Positions 25,495-34,865 of a stretch of 64,000 nucleotides of DNA are shown piece by piece. The DNA comes from Mustelus asterias (Eukaryota): NCBI RefSeq assembly GCF_964213995.1, contig NW_027590217.1:558001-622000 (forward strand). The letters run 5' to 3'. The position numbers and the translations under genes are program-made. The first letter of the stretch is position 1, and each line of letters begins with the position of its first letter. The notes beneath the pieces were generated by a model, which did no database searches, was not told where the DNA came from, and was given only the letters and a program-made list of their open reading frames with translations.

Positions 25495-25990
25495 AAAGTC
25501 ATGGAAGTTGACAGCATGGAAACAGCCCCTTCAGCCCAACTTGTCCATGCCACCCTTTCTTTTTAACCCCAAAGCTAGTCCCAATTGTCCGCGTTTGGCC
25601 CATATCCCTCTATACCCATCGTACCCATGTAACTATCTAAATGCTTTTTAAAAGGCAAAATTGTACCTGCCTCCACTACTACCTCTGGCAGCTTGTTCCA
25701 GACACTCACCACCCTCTGTGTGAAAAAATTGCCCCTCTGGATCCTTTTGTGTCTCTCCCCTCTCACCTTAAACCTATGCCCTTTAGTTTTAGACTGCCCA
25801 ACCTTTGGGAAAAGATATTGACTATCCAGCTGATCTGTGCCCCTCATTATTTTATAGACCTCTTTATGATCACCCCTTAGCCTCCTATGCTCAGAGAAAA
25901 AAGTCCCAGTCTACCCAGCCTCTCCTTCTAATTCAAACCATCAAGTCCCGGTTGCATCCTAGTAAATCTCTTCTGCACTCTTTCCAGTTA
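25495..25990 (-). mobile_element. CR1 3' fragment inserted into a SINE 3' end
   Basis: SINE tail at ~25440-25495 and SINE body at ~25990-26215 flank it. Confidence 0.8.
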
Positions 25991-26597
25991 CTGTTACTGT
26001 GAAAATCCTCTAGTCGCCACACTCCGGCGCCTGTTCAGGTACACTGAGCGAGAATTTAGCACGTCCGATGCACCTAACCCGCATGCCATCCGGACTGGGG
26101 GAGGAAACCGGAGCACACGGCGTGAACCCACGGAGACACGGGGGAGAATGTACAGACGGGAATCGAACTCGGGTCCCTGGAGCAGTAGTGCTAACCACTG
26201 TGCCACCGTGCCATCCTAACCACCGAGTGGTGCACAAGGCAGACTTTCACAGCAAGTTATTTTCCCGGAATAGGTCACTCGCCTGTTTCCAGAAGCTTAT
26301 AGCTTGAGGAACACAATCTCTGCATCAAGTGTAACTGACCATGATTCTCTCCCGCTCTTAACACCTGCTATTGGTGTGCGCTGGGAGGATTTTACAGGTT
26401 GATGCTCAACCTGTTGGTCGTGTTATGAATGCACCTTCCTTGGTCATCAAGTCCTGGGGCGGGACTCAAACCTGGAGCCTCTGGCTCAGAGGCAGGGACA
26501 CGAATCACTTCACCACAAGATGTCCAGACTTACTCATGGCAATATTTAATTATTGAGTTACTGTATTTATATAAAATTCTCTTTTCCAATCATTTTT

Positions 26598-27282
26598 CTG
26601 TCTACATCAACGGGGATGAAGTAGAAAGGGTTGAGAGCTTCAAGTTTTTAGGTGTCCAGATCACCAACAACCTGTCCTGGTCCCCCCATGCCGACACTAT
26701 AGTTAAGAAAGCCCCACCAACGCCTCTACTTTCTCAGAAGATGAAGGAAATTTGGCATGTCAGCTACGACTCTCACCAACTTTTACAGATGCACCATAGA
26801 AAGCATTCTTTCTGGTTGTATCACAGCTTGGTCTGGGGCTCCTGCTCTGCCCAAGACCGCAAGGAACTACAAAAGGTCATGAATGTAGCCCAATCCATCA
26901 CGCAAACCAGCCTCCCATCCATTGACTCTGTCTACACTTCCCGCTGCCTCGGGGAAAAGCAGTCAGCATAATTAAGGACCCCCCACGCACCCCGGACATT
27001 CTCTCTTCCACCTTCTTCCGTCGGGAAAAAGATACAAAACTCTGAGGTCACGTCCCAACCGACTCAAGAACAGCTTCTTCCCTGCTGCTGTCAGACTTTT
27101 GAATGGACCTGCCTCGCATTAAGTTGATCTTTCTCTGCACCCTAGCTATGACTGTAACACTACACTCTGCACTCTCTCCTTTCCTTCTCTATGAACGGTA
27201 TGCTTTCTCTGTATATCGCGCAAGAAACAATACTTTTCACTGTATGTTAATACATGTGACAATAATAAATCAAATCAAATCT
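26598..27282 (+). mobile_element. Rex1/Babar-like 3' fragment
   Basis: YINGDEVERVESFKFLGVQI peptide and tail. Confidence 0.82.
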
Positions 27283-28217
27283 AATCCAATAATTGTAAAT
27301 ATTAGAAAACTGATGATAAAAAACAGATCCAATAAATTAACAATTAACAGCCCCATTACTGTGTGTGCCCAGGAACAGTTTCTCCCACACAAACCCTCTC
27401 CAGTTCTCAATGTAGGTTCTCTCTGACCTGTGGTTTCAGAGGCAAAAGATGATTTCAACTCTCAATTGGGTGTTTGTAAATCACAGACAGTTTAACAGTT
27501 ATTGTCAAAGCACAAATCACATCCTGTCTCAATAAGACAATCCTATTCCACACGCAGTCTGATTCCTGTCTGTCTGGACAGCTCACTGCTTTATGCTGAG
27601 CTTGTTGGAATGAGGTATTTTTTATAAACACAAGTCCCTGTTTCCCACTCTGTGTGAACCATTTCCCCTCCACAATCACTAAATTATCAAGTGAAACATA
27701 GAACTCATTCTTTATACACCTAAAAACTGTTCCAGCAATATTTGAACTGCAATAAATAACATTTAAAACCACTCTGACACCAACAATTAAATCATGAGAC
27801 AATTGTATGAAATATTTGAACTCAGATTTGAACAAAATCCTAACCCAACCTGCAAATATCCGAAAATCCAAAATCACCAAACCTGCCCCAACATAATGTC
27901 CTGAAAACTATAATCTGAATCAAGCAGAACACACTGAACAGATCCGGGAATCGTTATTCGATTCTGAGAATCGATTCTGTGGAGTTAAACTTTAACCCTT
28001 GAGAGTAAATCCAGTTATCAGATTTCAGCTCCAATTACTGGGTATGTTCTTGTCTCGACAGTAATCCAGCTCTCTCAGAGAGAATCATTTCATTGTTCGA
28101 AATATCTCACTGATTTCAGGTAAATCACACATTACAACTGAACAATCAAATTCACTAATAACACACATTAAAGAAAATAAACATTCGATAAGGAAGGAAT
28201 TGAGAAGTTTGTCTTAC

Positions 28218-28260
28218 CTGAAGTCACTTCCACGAAGGTTCCGCTCCCCCAGTAGTCAAG
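28218..28260 (-). CDS. IgW: IgW JH segment (LDYWGSGTFVEVTS)
   Basis: WGxG motif, upstream 23-RSS, phase-1 donor G|GTAAG. Confidence 0.96.
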
Positions 28261-28299
28261 CACTGTGCTCTGTCTCCTCATTCACCCAATACAAGAACT
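28261..28299 (+). other. J 23-RSS (CACTGTG-23-ACAAGAACT)
   Basis: Heptamer abuts the J coding start. 23-bp spacer, near-consensus nonamer. Confidence 0.92.
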
Positions 28300-28667
28300 G
28301 AACTTGTCCACGATGTGTAATAATCTCAGGGTAATGTAAACTTAAACCATGTTTTAACCCGGAGCAGCAGTTTGCTGTATTTGGCTCTGAAACTCCATCC
28401 TAATCCTGTTCCAAATGTATGAATAAATGAAATATTTTTGCAGTTTTGCTGTCTGCGAACACCAGCTCCTGCGTTTTACCGAGAAACAGGATCGCCTCCT
28501 TTTTGTCTTTTATTTTCCCAGAAATCCACATTTTCCTCCAACAATCCGAGTCAGTGCTGAGATATTTCACTCTGGGGAAACAGGAATGTGGAATCCATGG
28601 ACACAGACTCTGATACACGTGGTCATTTGTACCGGGGGGAGTTTGTGTCAAGCTCTCTATCGCTGTG

Positions 28668-28674
28668 GTCGTAT
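28668..28674 (-). other. IgW: IgW D segment 3 (ATACGAC), 12/12 RSS
   Basis: CACAGTG-12-TCATAAACC (28675-28702, +) and CACAGCG-12-ACACAAACT (28667-28640, -). Confidence 0.85.
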
Positions 28675-29079
28675 CACAGTGCTTCACCCCAGGTCATAAA
28701 CCACGGGTATAAGATCCAGCCCAAAATAAAATGACCAGACAAGCAGCCAGAAGCTTTATTAACTCCTCAGTCTGTATCCGTGTGTCCCCCACACACCAGG
28801 TGTCAAACTCGGGGTCTTTCAGGACTTTACAGGAAGATGAGATGATCCACAAAGAGTTTTCATTGCTCAGCATCCTCTCGCTGTTACTCACTGTTCTTTC
28901 CCCTTTCCAATAATATCTCCAAAGAAAGTTGTTCACACTCCCAGATTATTGAATCAGGATCTGATTTATATCCACGGGCCATGAGATAAAGGTCGGTAAT
29001 ATCGCCCGAAAGCTCCAGTTTAAATAGCTCTCCTGTGGCAGGTTTTTGAATGGAGGATTCCCCCATCTCTCTCACTGTG

Positions 29080-29094
29080 CCACTCCCATATAGA
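29080..29094 (-). other. IgW: IgW D segment 2, identical to D1, 5' 12-RSS / 3' 23-RSS
   Basis: RSSs at 29095-29122 (12-bp spacer) and 29041-29079 (23-bp spacer). Confidence 0.9.
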
Positions 29095-29796
29095 CACTGT
29101 GATACACAGCCGTACATTAACCTCCACCCCTTTCACTGTCACTGAATCCAGTCTCTTCACATTGAATCCACACCCACACTGCAACAAGTGAACAATCCTG
29201 TTCTCTGATTCACACTGACGCTGGTTTGAGCTGTGATGTCTCAGTGGTTCTGTCCCTGGATCACTGGGATTAATAACCCGGGGAATGTGCCGATGTTCAA
29301 CCCCTCCATGGGAGTTTGGGAATTCCGCTTTGAAAAATCTGGGAGAAAAGCCGGGATGGGTCAAAGCGACCGTGAGGCTGTCGGATTCACACACAAAACA
29401 CAACTGGTTCAGTCCTGGACTTCATGGGAGGAAATCCGCTCTGGTCTGTGGGTGACTCCAGTCCCACACTCAATGAGGTTGACTCTTACCTGCCCTCTGA
29501 AGGGGTCAGTGAGGCTCTTAATTACCATCACCTTCTCAGGGTAAAGAGGGACAGGGAACAAGTGTGAGAACCGACAGTGACTTCTTCATCCTGTCGCTGT
29601 TACTCACTGAGGTTTCCTCCTTTCCAATAATATCTCCAAAGAAAGTTGTTCACACTCCCAGATTATTGAATCAGGATCTGATTTATATCCACGGGCCATG
29701 AGATAAAGGTCGGTAATATCGCCCGAAAGCTCCAGTTTAAATAGCTCTCCTGTGGCAGGTTTTTGAATGGAGGATTCCCCCATCTCTCTCACTGTG

Positions 29797-29811
29797 CCAC
29801 TCCCATATAGA
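29797..29811 (-). other. IgW: IgW D segment 1 (TCTATATGGGAGTGG), 5' 12-RSS / 3' 23-RSS
   Basis: V-facing RSS CACTGTG-12-ACATTAACC (29812-29839, + strand). J-facing RSS CACAGTG-23-TCAAAAACC (29796-29758). Confidence 0.9.
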
Positions 29812-30059
29812 CACTGTGATACACAGCCGTACATTAACCTCCACCCCTTTCACTGTCACTGAATCCAGTCACTTCACATTGAATCCACACCCACACTGCG
29901 ACAAGTGAACAATCCTGTTCTCTGATTCACACTGACGCTGGTTTGAGCTGTGATGTCTCAGTTATTAGAGAGACTTTTTTAGATTGTGTCCCAAGTTGCT
30001 GTGAGCTCCCAGGTTTCCCATCACATCAGCAGCCCAGGAATTCCCAGATAATAGCCATG

Positions 30060-30385
30060 GAATCCTCGAATCCCGACAGTGCAGAAGGAGGCCATTTGGC
30101 CCATCGAGCCTGCACCGACCACAATCCCACCCAGGCCCTATCCCCGTAGCCCCACATATTTACCCTGCTAATCCCCCTGACACTAAGGGGCAATTTAGCA
30201 CGGCCAATCCACCTAACCCGCACATCTTCGGACTGTGGGAGGAAAGTGGAGCACCCGGAGGAAACCCACACAGACACGGGGAGAACGTGCAGACTCCGCA
30301 CAGACAGTGACCCAAGCCGGGAATCGAACCCGGGCCCCTGGCGCTGTGAAGCAGCAGTGCTAACCACTGTGCTACCGTGCCGCCC
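30060..30385 (-). mobile_element. HE1-like V-SINE in the V-D1 interval
   Basis: Full-length consensus match. Confidence 0.88.
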
Positions 30386-30514
30386 ACATCTCCCGGTTCC
30401 AGGGGCAGCAGATCCCAGCACGGCGAGGACGGGAATAAATCTGTGCTGATAACTGAGGGTGAGCGATCATTCCTCCCCTTTCGCTCCTTCCACTGACTGC
30501 AGATTGTCTCTCTG

Positions 30515-30553
30515 AGTTTTTGTACCAGTCCAGCCCTGCTTCCCCTCACTGTG
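30515..30553 (-). other. V 23-RSS (CACAGTG-23-ACAAAAACT)
   Basis: Heptamer 30553-30547, 23-bp spacer, nonamer 30523-30515. Confidence 0.96.
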
Positions 30554-30850
30554 ACTGTCTGGCACAGTAATAGATGGCGGTGTCGTCCACTCTCAGATTG
30601 GTGATTTCTATGTAAGCGGTGTTACTGACAGCAGAAGGGGTAAATCGACCTTCAATTCCAGGCGCGAACCCTCCAGGATTAGAATCATGGTACAGTAACC
30701 ACTCCAGCCCTTTCCCAGGGACCTGCTTCACCCAGCTTATGTAGTAATCCTCCAGGTTGAACCCACTGAATGTACAGGACAGTTTGACTGACTGCCCCGG
30801 CTTTTTCACAACAGACTCGGGCTGGGTCAGCACGATATCAGACCGGACAC
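30554..30850 (-). CDS. IgW: IgW VH exon (GVRS-DIVLTQPESVVKKPGQSVKLSC...WVKQVPGKGLEWL...DTAIYYCAR)
   Basis: Acceptor TTAACAG|GT, open frame with canonical Cys, Trp and YYC, directly followed by an RSS. Framework resembles cartilaginous-fish IgW V. Confidence 0.96.
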
Positions 30851-30969
30851 CTGTTAATAAAAGAGAGAAAGAAGAGAGTTGACTTTAGTAAATCCCGTTG
30901 GATAAACAGATGATCAAAGAATCCCTGAGTAATCAGACTGTGTGGGGACAAAGCCCCGGCACCTCTCAC

Positions 30970-31015
30970 CTGTCAGACAGAACAGAAGGACACAGAGATA
31001 AGGAGCAGTCCCCAT
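30970..31015 (-). CDS. IgW: IgW heavy-chain leader exon (MGTAPYLCVLLFCLT-G)
   Basis: ATG at 31015, hydrophobic signal peptide, phase-1 donor G|GTGAG, 119-bp intron to the V exon. Confidence 0.93.
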
Positions 31016-31094
31016 CGTCCTGTGTATTCAGACCCAGACACTCCAGAAACCGGCTGCTTCACAGCCACTTTGTTTGGAGCTGGAGTCAGTGCTG

Positions 31095-31102
31095 TTTAAA
31101 TA
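31095..31102 (-). promoter_or_regulatory. Candidate TATA box (TATTTAAA) of the IgW V promoter
   Basis: TATTTAAA on the minus strand ~80 bp upstream of the leader ATG. No canonical octamer seen nearby. Confidence 0.6.
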
Positions 31103-31334
31103 GGGAAGTGGAGTGAGTGAGGGTCGCACAGCTCAAACTGCAGCTCCACCCACTGAAACCAGAAGCTTCCTGTCCCCGCCTCCAGCAGAGATTTCAATCC
31201 TCAACAAGTTATTTACTGATCCAACAGGCGGCAGATCAGCAGCAATAATAAGATTCAAGATCCAGTCACACTTTCAAAGCTAAACAGTTTGAGTAGATCA
31301 GATAACCTGTGAGACTGCACTTATATATCTCTAC

Positions 31335-31915
31335 CTGAGATAGGGACTGAGAGACAGTCAGTGTACAGATATCTCCCTGACAGAGAGAGAGAGGGGACTG
31401 AGAGACACCAGTCACTGTACAGATATCTCCCTGAGAGAGAGAGAGAGGGGACTGAGAGACACCAGTCACTGTACAGATATCTGAAGGGGCTTAAGGCTCC
31501 GAAAGCTTGTGTGGCTTTTGCTACCAAATAAAGCTGTTGGACTTTAACCTGGTGTTGTTAAACTTCTTACTGTGTTTACCCCAGTCCAACGCCAGTATCT
31601 CCACATCAGATATCTCCCTGACAGAGAGGGGACTAAGGGACACCAGTCACTCTACAGATATCTCCCTGAGAGAGAGAGACAGGGGACTGAAAGACAGCAG
31701 TCAGTGTACAGATATCTCCCTGAGAGAGAGAGGGGACTGAGAGACAGTCAGTATACAGATATCTCCCTGAGAGATGGAGGACTGAGAGACACCAGTCAGT
31801 GTACAGATATCTCCCTGAGGGAGAGAGGGGACTGAGAGACACCAGTCAGTGTACAGATATCTCCGTGAGAGAGAGGGGACTCAGAGACACCAGTCAGTGC
31901 ACAGATATCTCCCTG
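31335..31915. repeat. ~50-bp minisatellite (GAGAGGGGACTGAGAGACACCAGTCAGTGTACAGATATCTCCCT)
   Basis: About 9 variable units with GA-run length variation. Confidence 0.92.
31483..31606 (+). mobile_element. Penelope-like terminal-repeat fragment
   Basis: CAAATAAA.CTGTTGGACTTTAACCTGGTGTTG core shared with 47251-47304(-) and 52238-52490. Flanked by CAGATATCT repeats. Confidence 0.6.
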
Positions 31916-32012
31916 TGTTACATTGGCAGTTTTCCAATCCTCTTGGACCTTTCCAAATTTAAGGATTCTTGGAAGATTACTACCAGTACATCCATTATCT
32001 CTGCAGCACTTT

Positions 32013-33070
32013 CATAGAGTCATAGAGGTTTACAGCATGGAAACAGGCCCTTTGGCCCAACTTGTCCATGCTGCCCTTTTTGTTGAACCCCTAAGCTAAT
32101 CCCAATTGCCCGCATTTGGCCCATATCCCTCTATACCCATCGTACCCATGTAACGGTCTAAACGCTTTTTAAAAGACAAAATTGTACCCGCCTCTACTAC
32201 TGCCTCTGGCAGCTCGTTCCAGACACTCACCACCCTCTGTGTGAAAAAACTGCCCCTCTGGACACTTTTGTATCTCTCCCCTCTCACCTTAAACCTGTGC
32301 CCTCTAGTTTTAGACTCCCCTACCTTTGGGAAAAGATATTGACTATCCAGCTGATCTGTGCCCCTCATTATTTTATAGCCCTCTATAAGATCACCCCTCA
32401 GCCTCCTACGCTCCAGAGAAAAAAGTCCCAGTCTATCCAACCTCTCCTTATAACTCGATCCATCAAGTCCCGGTAGCATCCTAGTAAATCTTTTCTGCGC
32501 TCTTTCTAGTTTAATAATATCCTTTCTATAATCGGGTCACCAGAATTTCCTTTAATATCCTGGGATGCGACCCATCAGGTCCAAGAAACTTATCAGCCTT
32601 TAGCACCATTAGTTTCCTTCGTACTTTGTCTCTGGTGATGGTTATTGTATTAATTTCCTGCCCTGTTTTGCCCCTTGAGTATTTAGTATTTTTGGACTGT
32701 GAAGACTGATTGAGTTAAAACATTTATTTAACTCCTCTGCCGTTTTCTAGTTCCCCATTATTATTTCCCCAGTTTATTTTTAAGGGACCGATGCTCACTT
32801 TGGCCTCTTTCTTCCTTTTTATATATTTAAAGACGTTCTGATTTTCCATTTTTATATTATTTGCTAATTTACTCTGATAGTTTACCATCTCCCTCTTCAT
32901 TGTTTTTGGTCATCTTTTGTTGGTTTTTTCAAACTTTCCCAATCCTCTGGTTATCTCTAATCTTTGCCACGTTGTGTGTTTTTTCATTTCAGTTTAATAC
33001 GATCCTTAACTTCCTTGGTTAACAATGGTTGACTTGTCCCCTCCCTGGAATCCTTCTTCCTCACTGGGAT
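32013..33070 (-). mobile_element. CR1 fragments (3' end plus an older internal piece)
   Basis: 127-aa ORF2 C-terminal ORF 32096-32479. Confidence 0.8.
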
Positions 33071-33491
33071 CTTGAAGGCAGTGTGCTGAGACTGTGAGAT
33101 TCTGGACAGACAGGAAGGATTTGATGGGAGTGGCCCTTCTCATCACCAGCCAATAAATACATTAAATGCTGTGTTTTCCAGCACCATCCACACCCTGAGA
33201 ATGAATGAAAAAACAGAGATGGCTGGATGGAAGGTGGATTATATACTTTCTTTCCCAGGATCTAGACAATAAACGTGACATTTGTCCAGGTATTGGGAAA
33301 GACTCCTGTCACCATCGTGTTCAGCGGTCAGTCTGAGAGAGGCAGGTCTTTTGACGCAGAGTTTTCAGGAACAGGACACAGACACCAAGAGAGGATTTGG
33401 GAAACAGAAGCTCCTCAGTCAGATGGGCAGCCAACTGATGCTAGAAACACAATTCTGCGCACCGCACTTCAGGGAAGATGTGAATACCTTG

Positions 33492-33785
33492 GGTGGCACG
33501 GTGGCACTGTGGTTAGCACTGCTGCTTCACAGTTCCAGGGACCCGGGTTTGAATCCCGGCTTGGGTCACTGTCTGTGTGGAGTCTGCACGTTCTCCCCGT
33601 GTCTGCGTGGGTTTCCTCCGGGTGCTCCGGTTTCCTCCCACATTCTGAAACACATGCTGGTTAGGGTGCATTGACCCAAACAGGTGCCGGACTGCGGCGA
33701 CTAAGGGAATTTCACAGTAACTTCATTGCAGTGTTAATGTAAGCCTTACTTGTGACTAATAGATAAATTTTACTTTTTAACTTTA
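33492..33785 (+). mobile_element. V-SINE variant with an alternative (ACTTT-type) tail
   Basis: Same head and V domain. Related copies at ~25990-26215(-), 43450-43730(+) and 50060-50360(-). Confidence 0.8.
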
Positions 33786-34603
33786 CCTCAGAAAGGAGAC
33801 AGAGGAGGATTTTACCAGGATGTTATCAGGGATGACGGGCTTCAGTTATGAGCAGAAGCCTGAAATGTTCGGACTGTTCCTTTTGGAAACTCCGGAATTC
33901 CCTCCTCAAATCTCTCAACCTCTCTCCCCACCTTTAAGATTCTCTTTAATCATCACCCTTTGACCGAGCATTTGACCATCTGCCCGAGTATCTCCTCATG
34001 TGGCTTGTGTTAAATTTTGTTTTGTCGTGCTCCAGTGAAGCATGTGGGATGTTTTACTGTGTTAAAGATACTCTATAGATACAGGTTGTTGTTGTTGGAA
34101 CAGAGAAGGTTAAGAGGTTACTGAATAGATGGTGTGTGATTTTGATAGGATAGATAGAGACAAATTATTCCTCTGGTGAGTTGGTCAATAACTTGATTTA
34201 AAATCATGGACAAAGGATGGGAAAGGGGGAATGAGGAGAATTGTTTTCACTCAGAGAGTTGTTGGGCTCTGGAATGGTCTCGTGACAAGATGGAGGAAGC
34301 TGATCCGATTTTAAAAAGGAGTGAGACAGATCTCTGAGGAGGAGGAAGTTACAGGATTACAGACAAAAAGCAGGAGTGTGGAACGAAGCATGGCTGCTCT
34401 GTCAAAGAACCAGTACAGGCACAATGGGCTGAATGGCCTCCTTCTGTACTGGAAGGTTCTAGGATTGTAACTGGAACCAAAGTTCACCTGTGTTCACACT
34501 AACCGGCATCGACAGAGTTCATTTCACAAACTCAGTACCTCCCAGAGCACTTTACAGCCTTGAAGTGACTGTTGTAATGGAACCAAGAGAGGAGACAATG
34601 GCA

Positions 34604-34865
34604 CACAGGAATGTCCCAAAAACAGCAATGTCCCAAAACAGGAATGTCCCCAAAACAGGAATGTCCCAAAACAGCAATGTCCCCAAAACAGCAATGTCCC
34701 AAAACAGCAACGTCCCCAAAACAGCAATGTCCCAAAACAGCAATGTCCCAAAACAGCAATGTCCCAAAACAGCAATGTTCCAAAACAGCAATGTCCCAAA
34801 AACAGCAATGTCCCAAACAGCAATGTCCCAAAACAGCAATGTCCCAAACAGCAATGTCCCAAAAG
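34604..34865. repeat. 16-19 bp tandem repeat (AAAACAGCAATGTCCC)
   Basis: About 15 units. A shorter copy lies at ~35795-35878. Confidence 0.95.

Larger units (their letters stand above)
28878..29962. repeat. Direct duplication of a ~365-bp D cassette (28878-29244 and 29595-29962, offset 717)
   Basis: Near-identical sequence. The ORF track gives near-identical peptides at 28884 and 29604. Confidence 0.95.

Noticed and set aside
690-26000. Antisense bias of intronic LINEs
   Set aside because: One subfamily is all antisense but others are sense. Counts are too small to support a bias.
29245-29595. A fourth D between the duplicated cassettes (ACACAAAAC at ~29391)
   Set aside because: No CAC heptamer at the correct spacing and no paired RSS.
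30365-30371. CACAGTG in the SINE as an extra D/RSS
   Set aside because: No nonamer at 12 or 23 bp.
1-31015. IgM or IgNAR assignment
   Set aside because: At least five C exons plus a Cys-rich tail after CH2 exclude IgM. A conventional VH with full FR2 and a CH1 excludes IgNAR.
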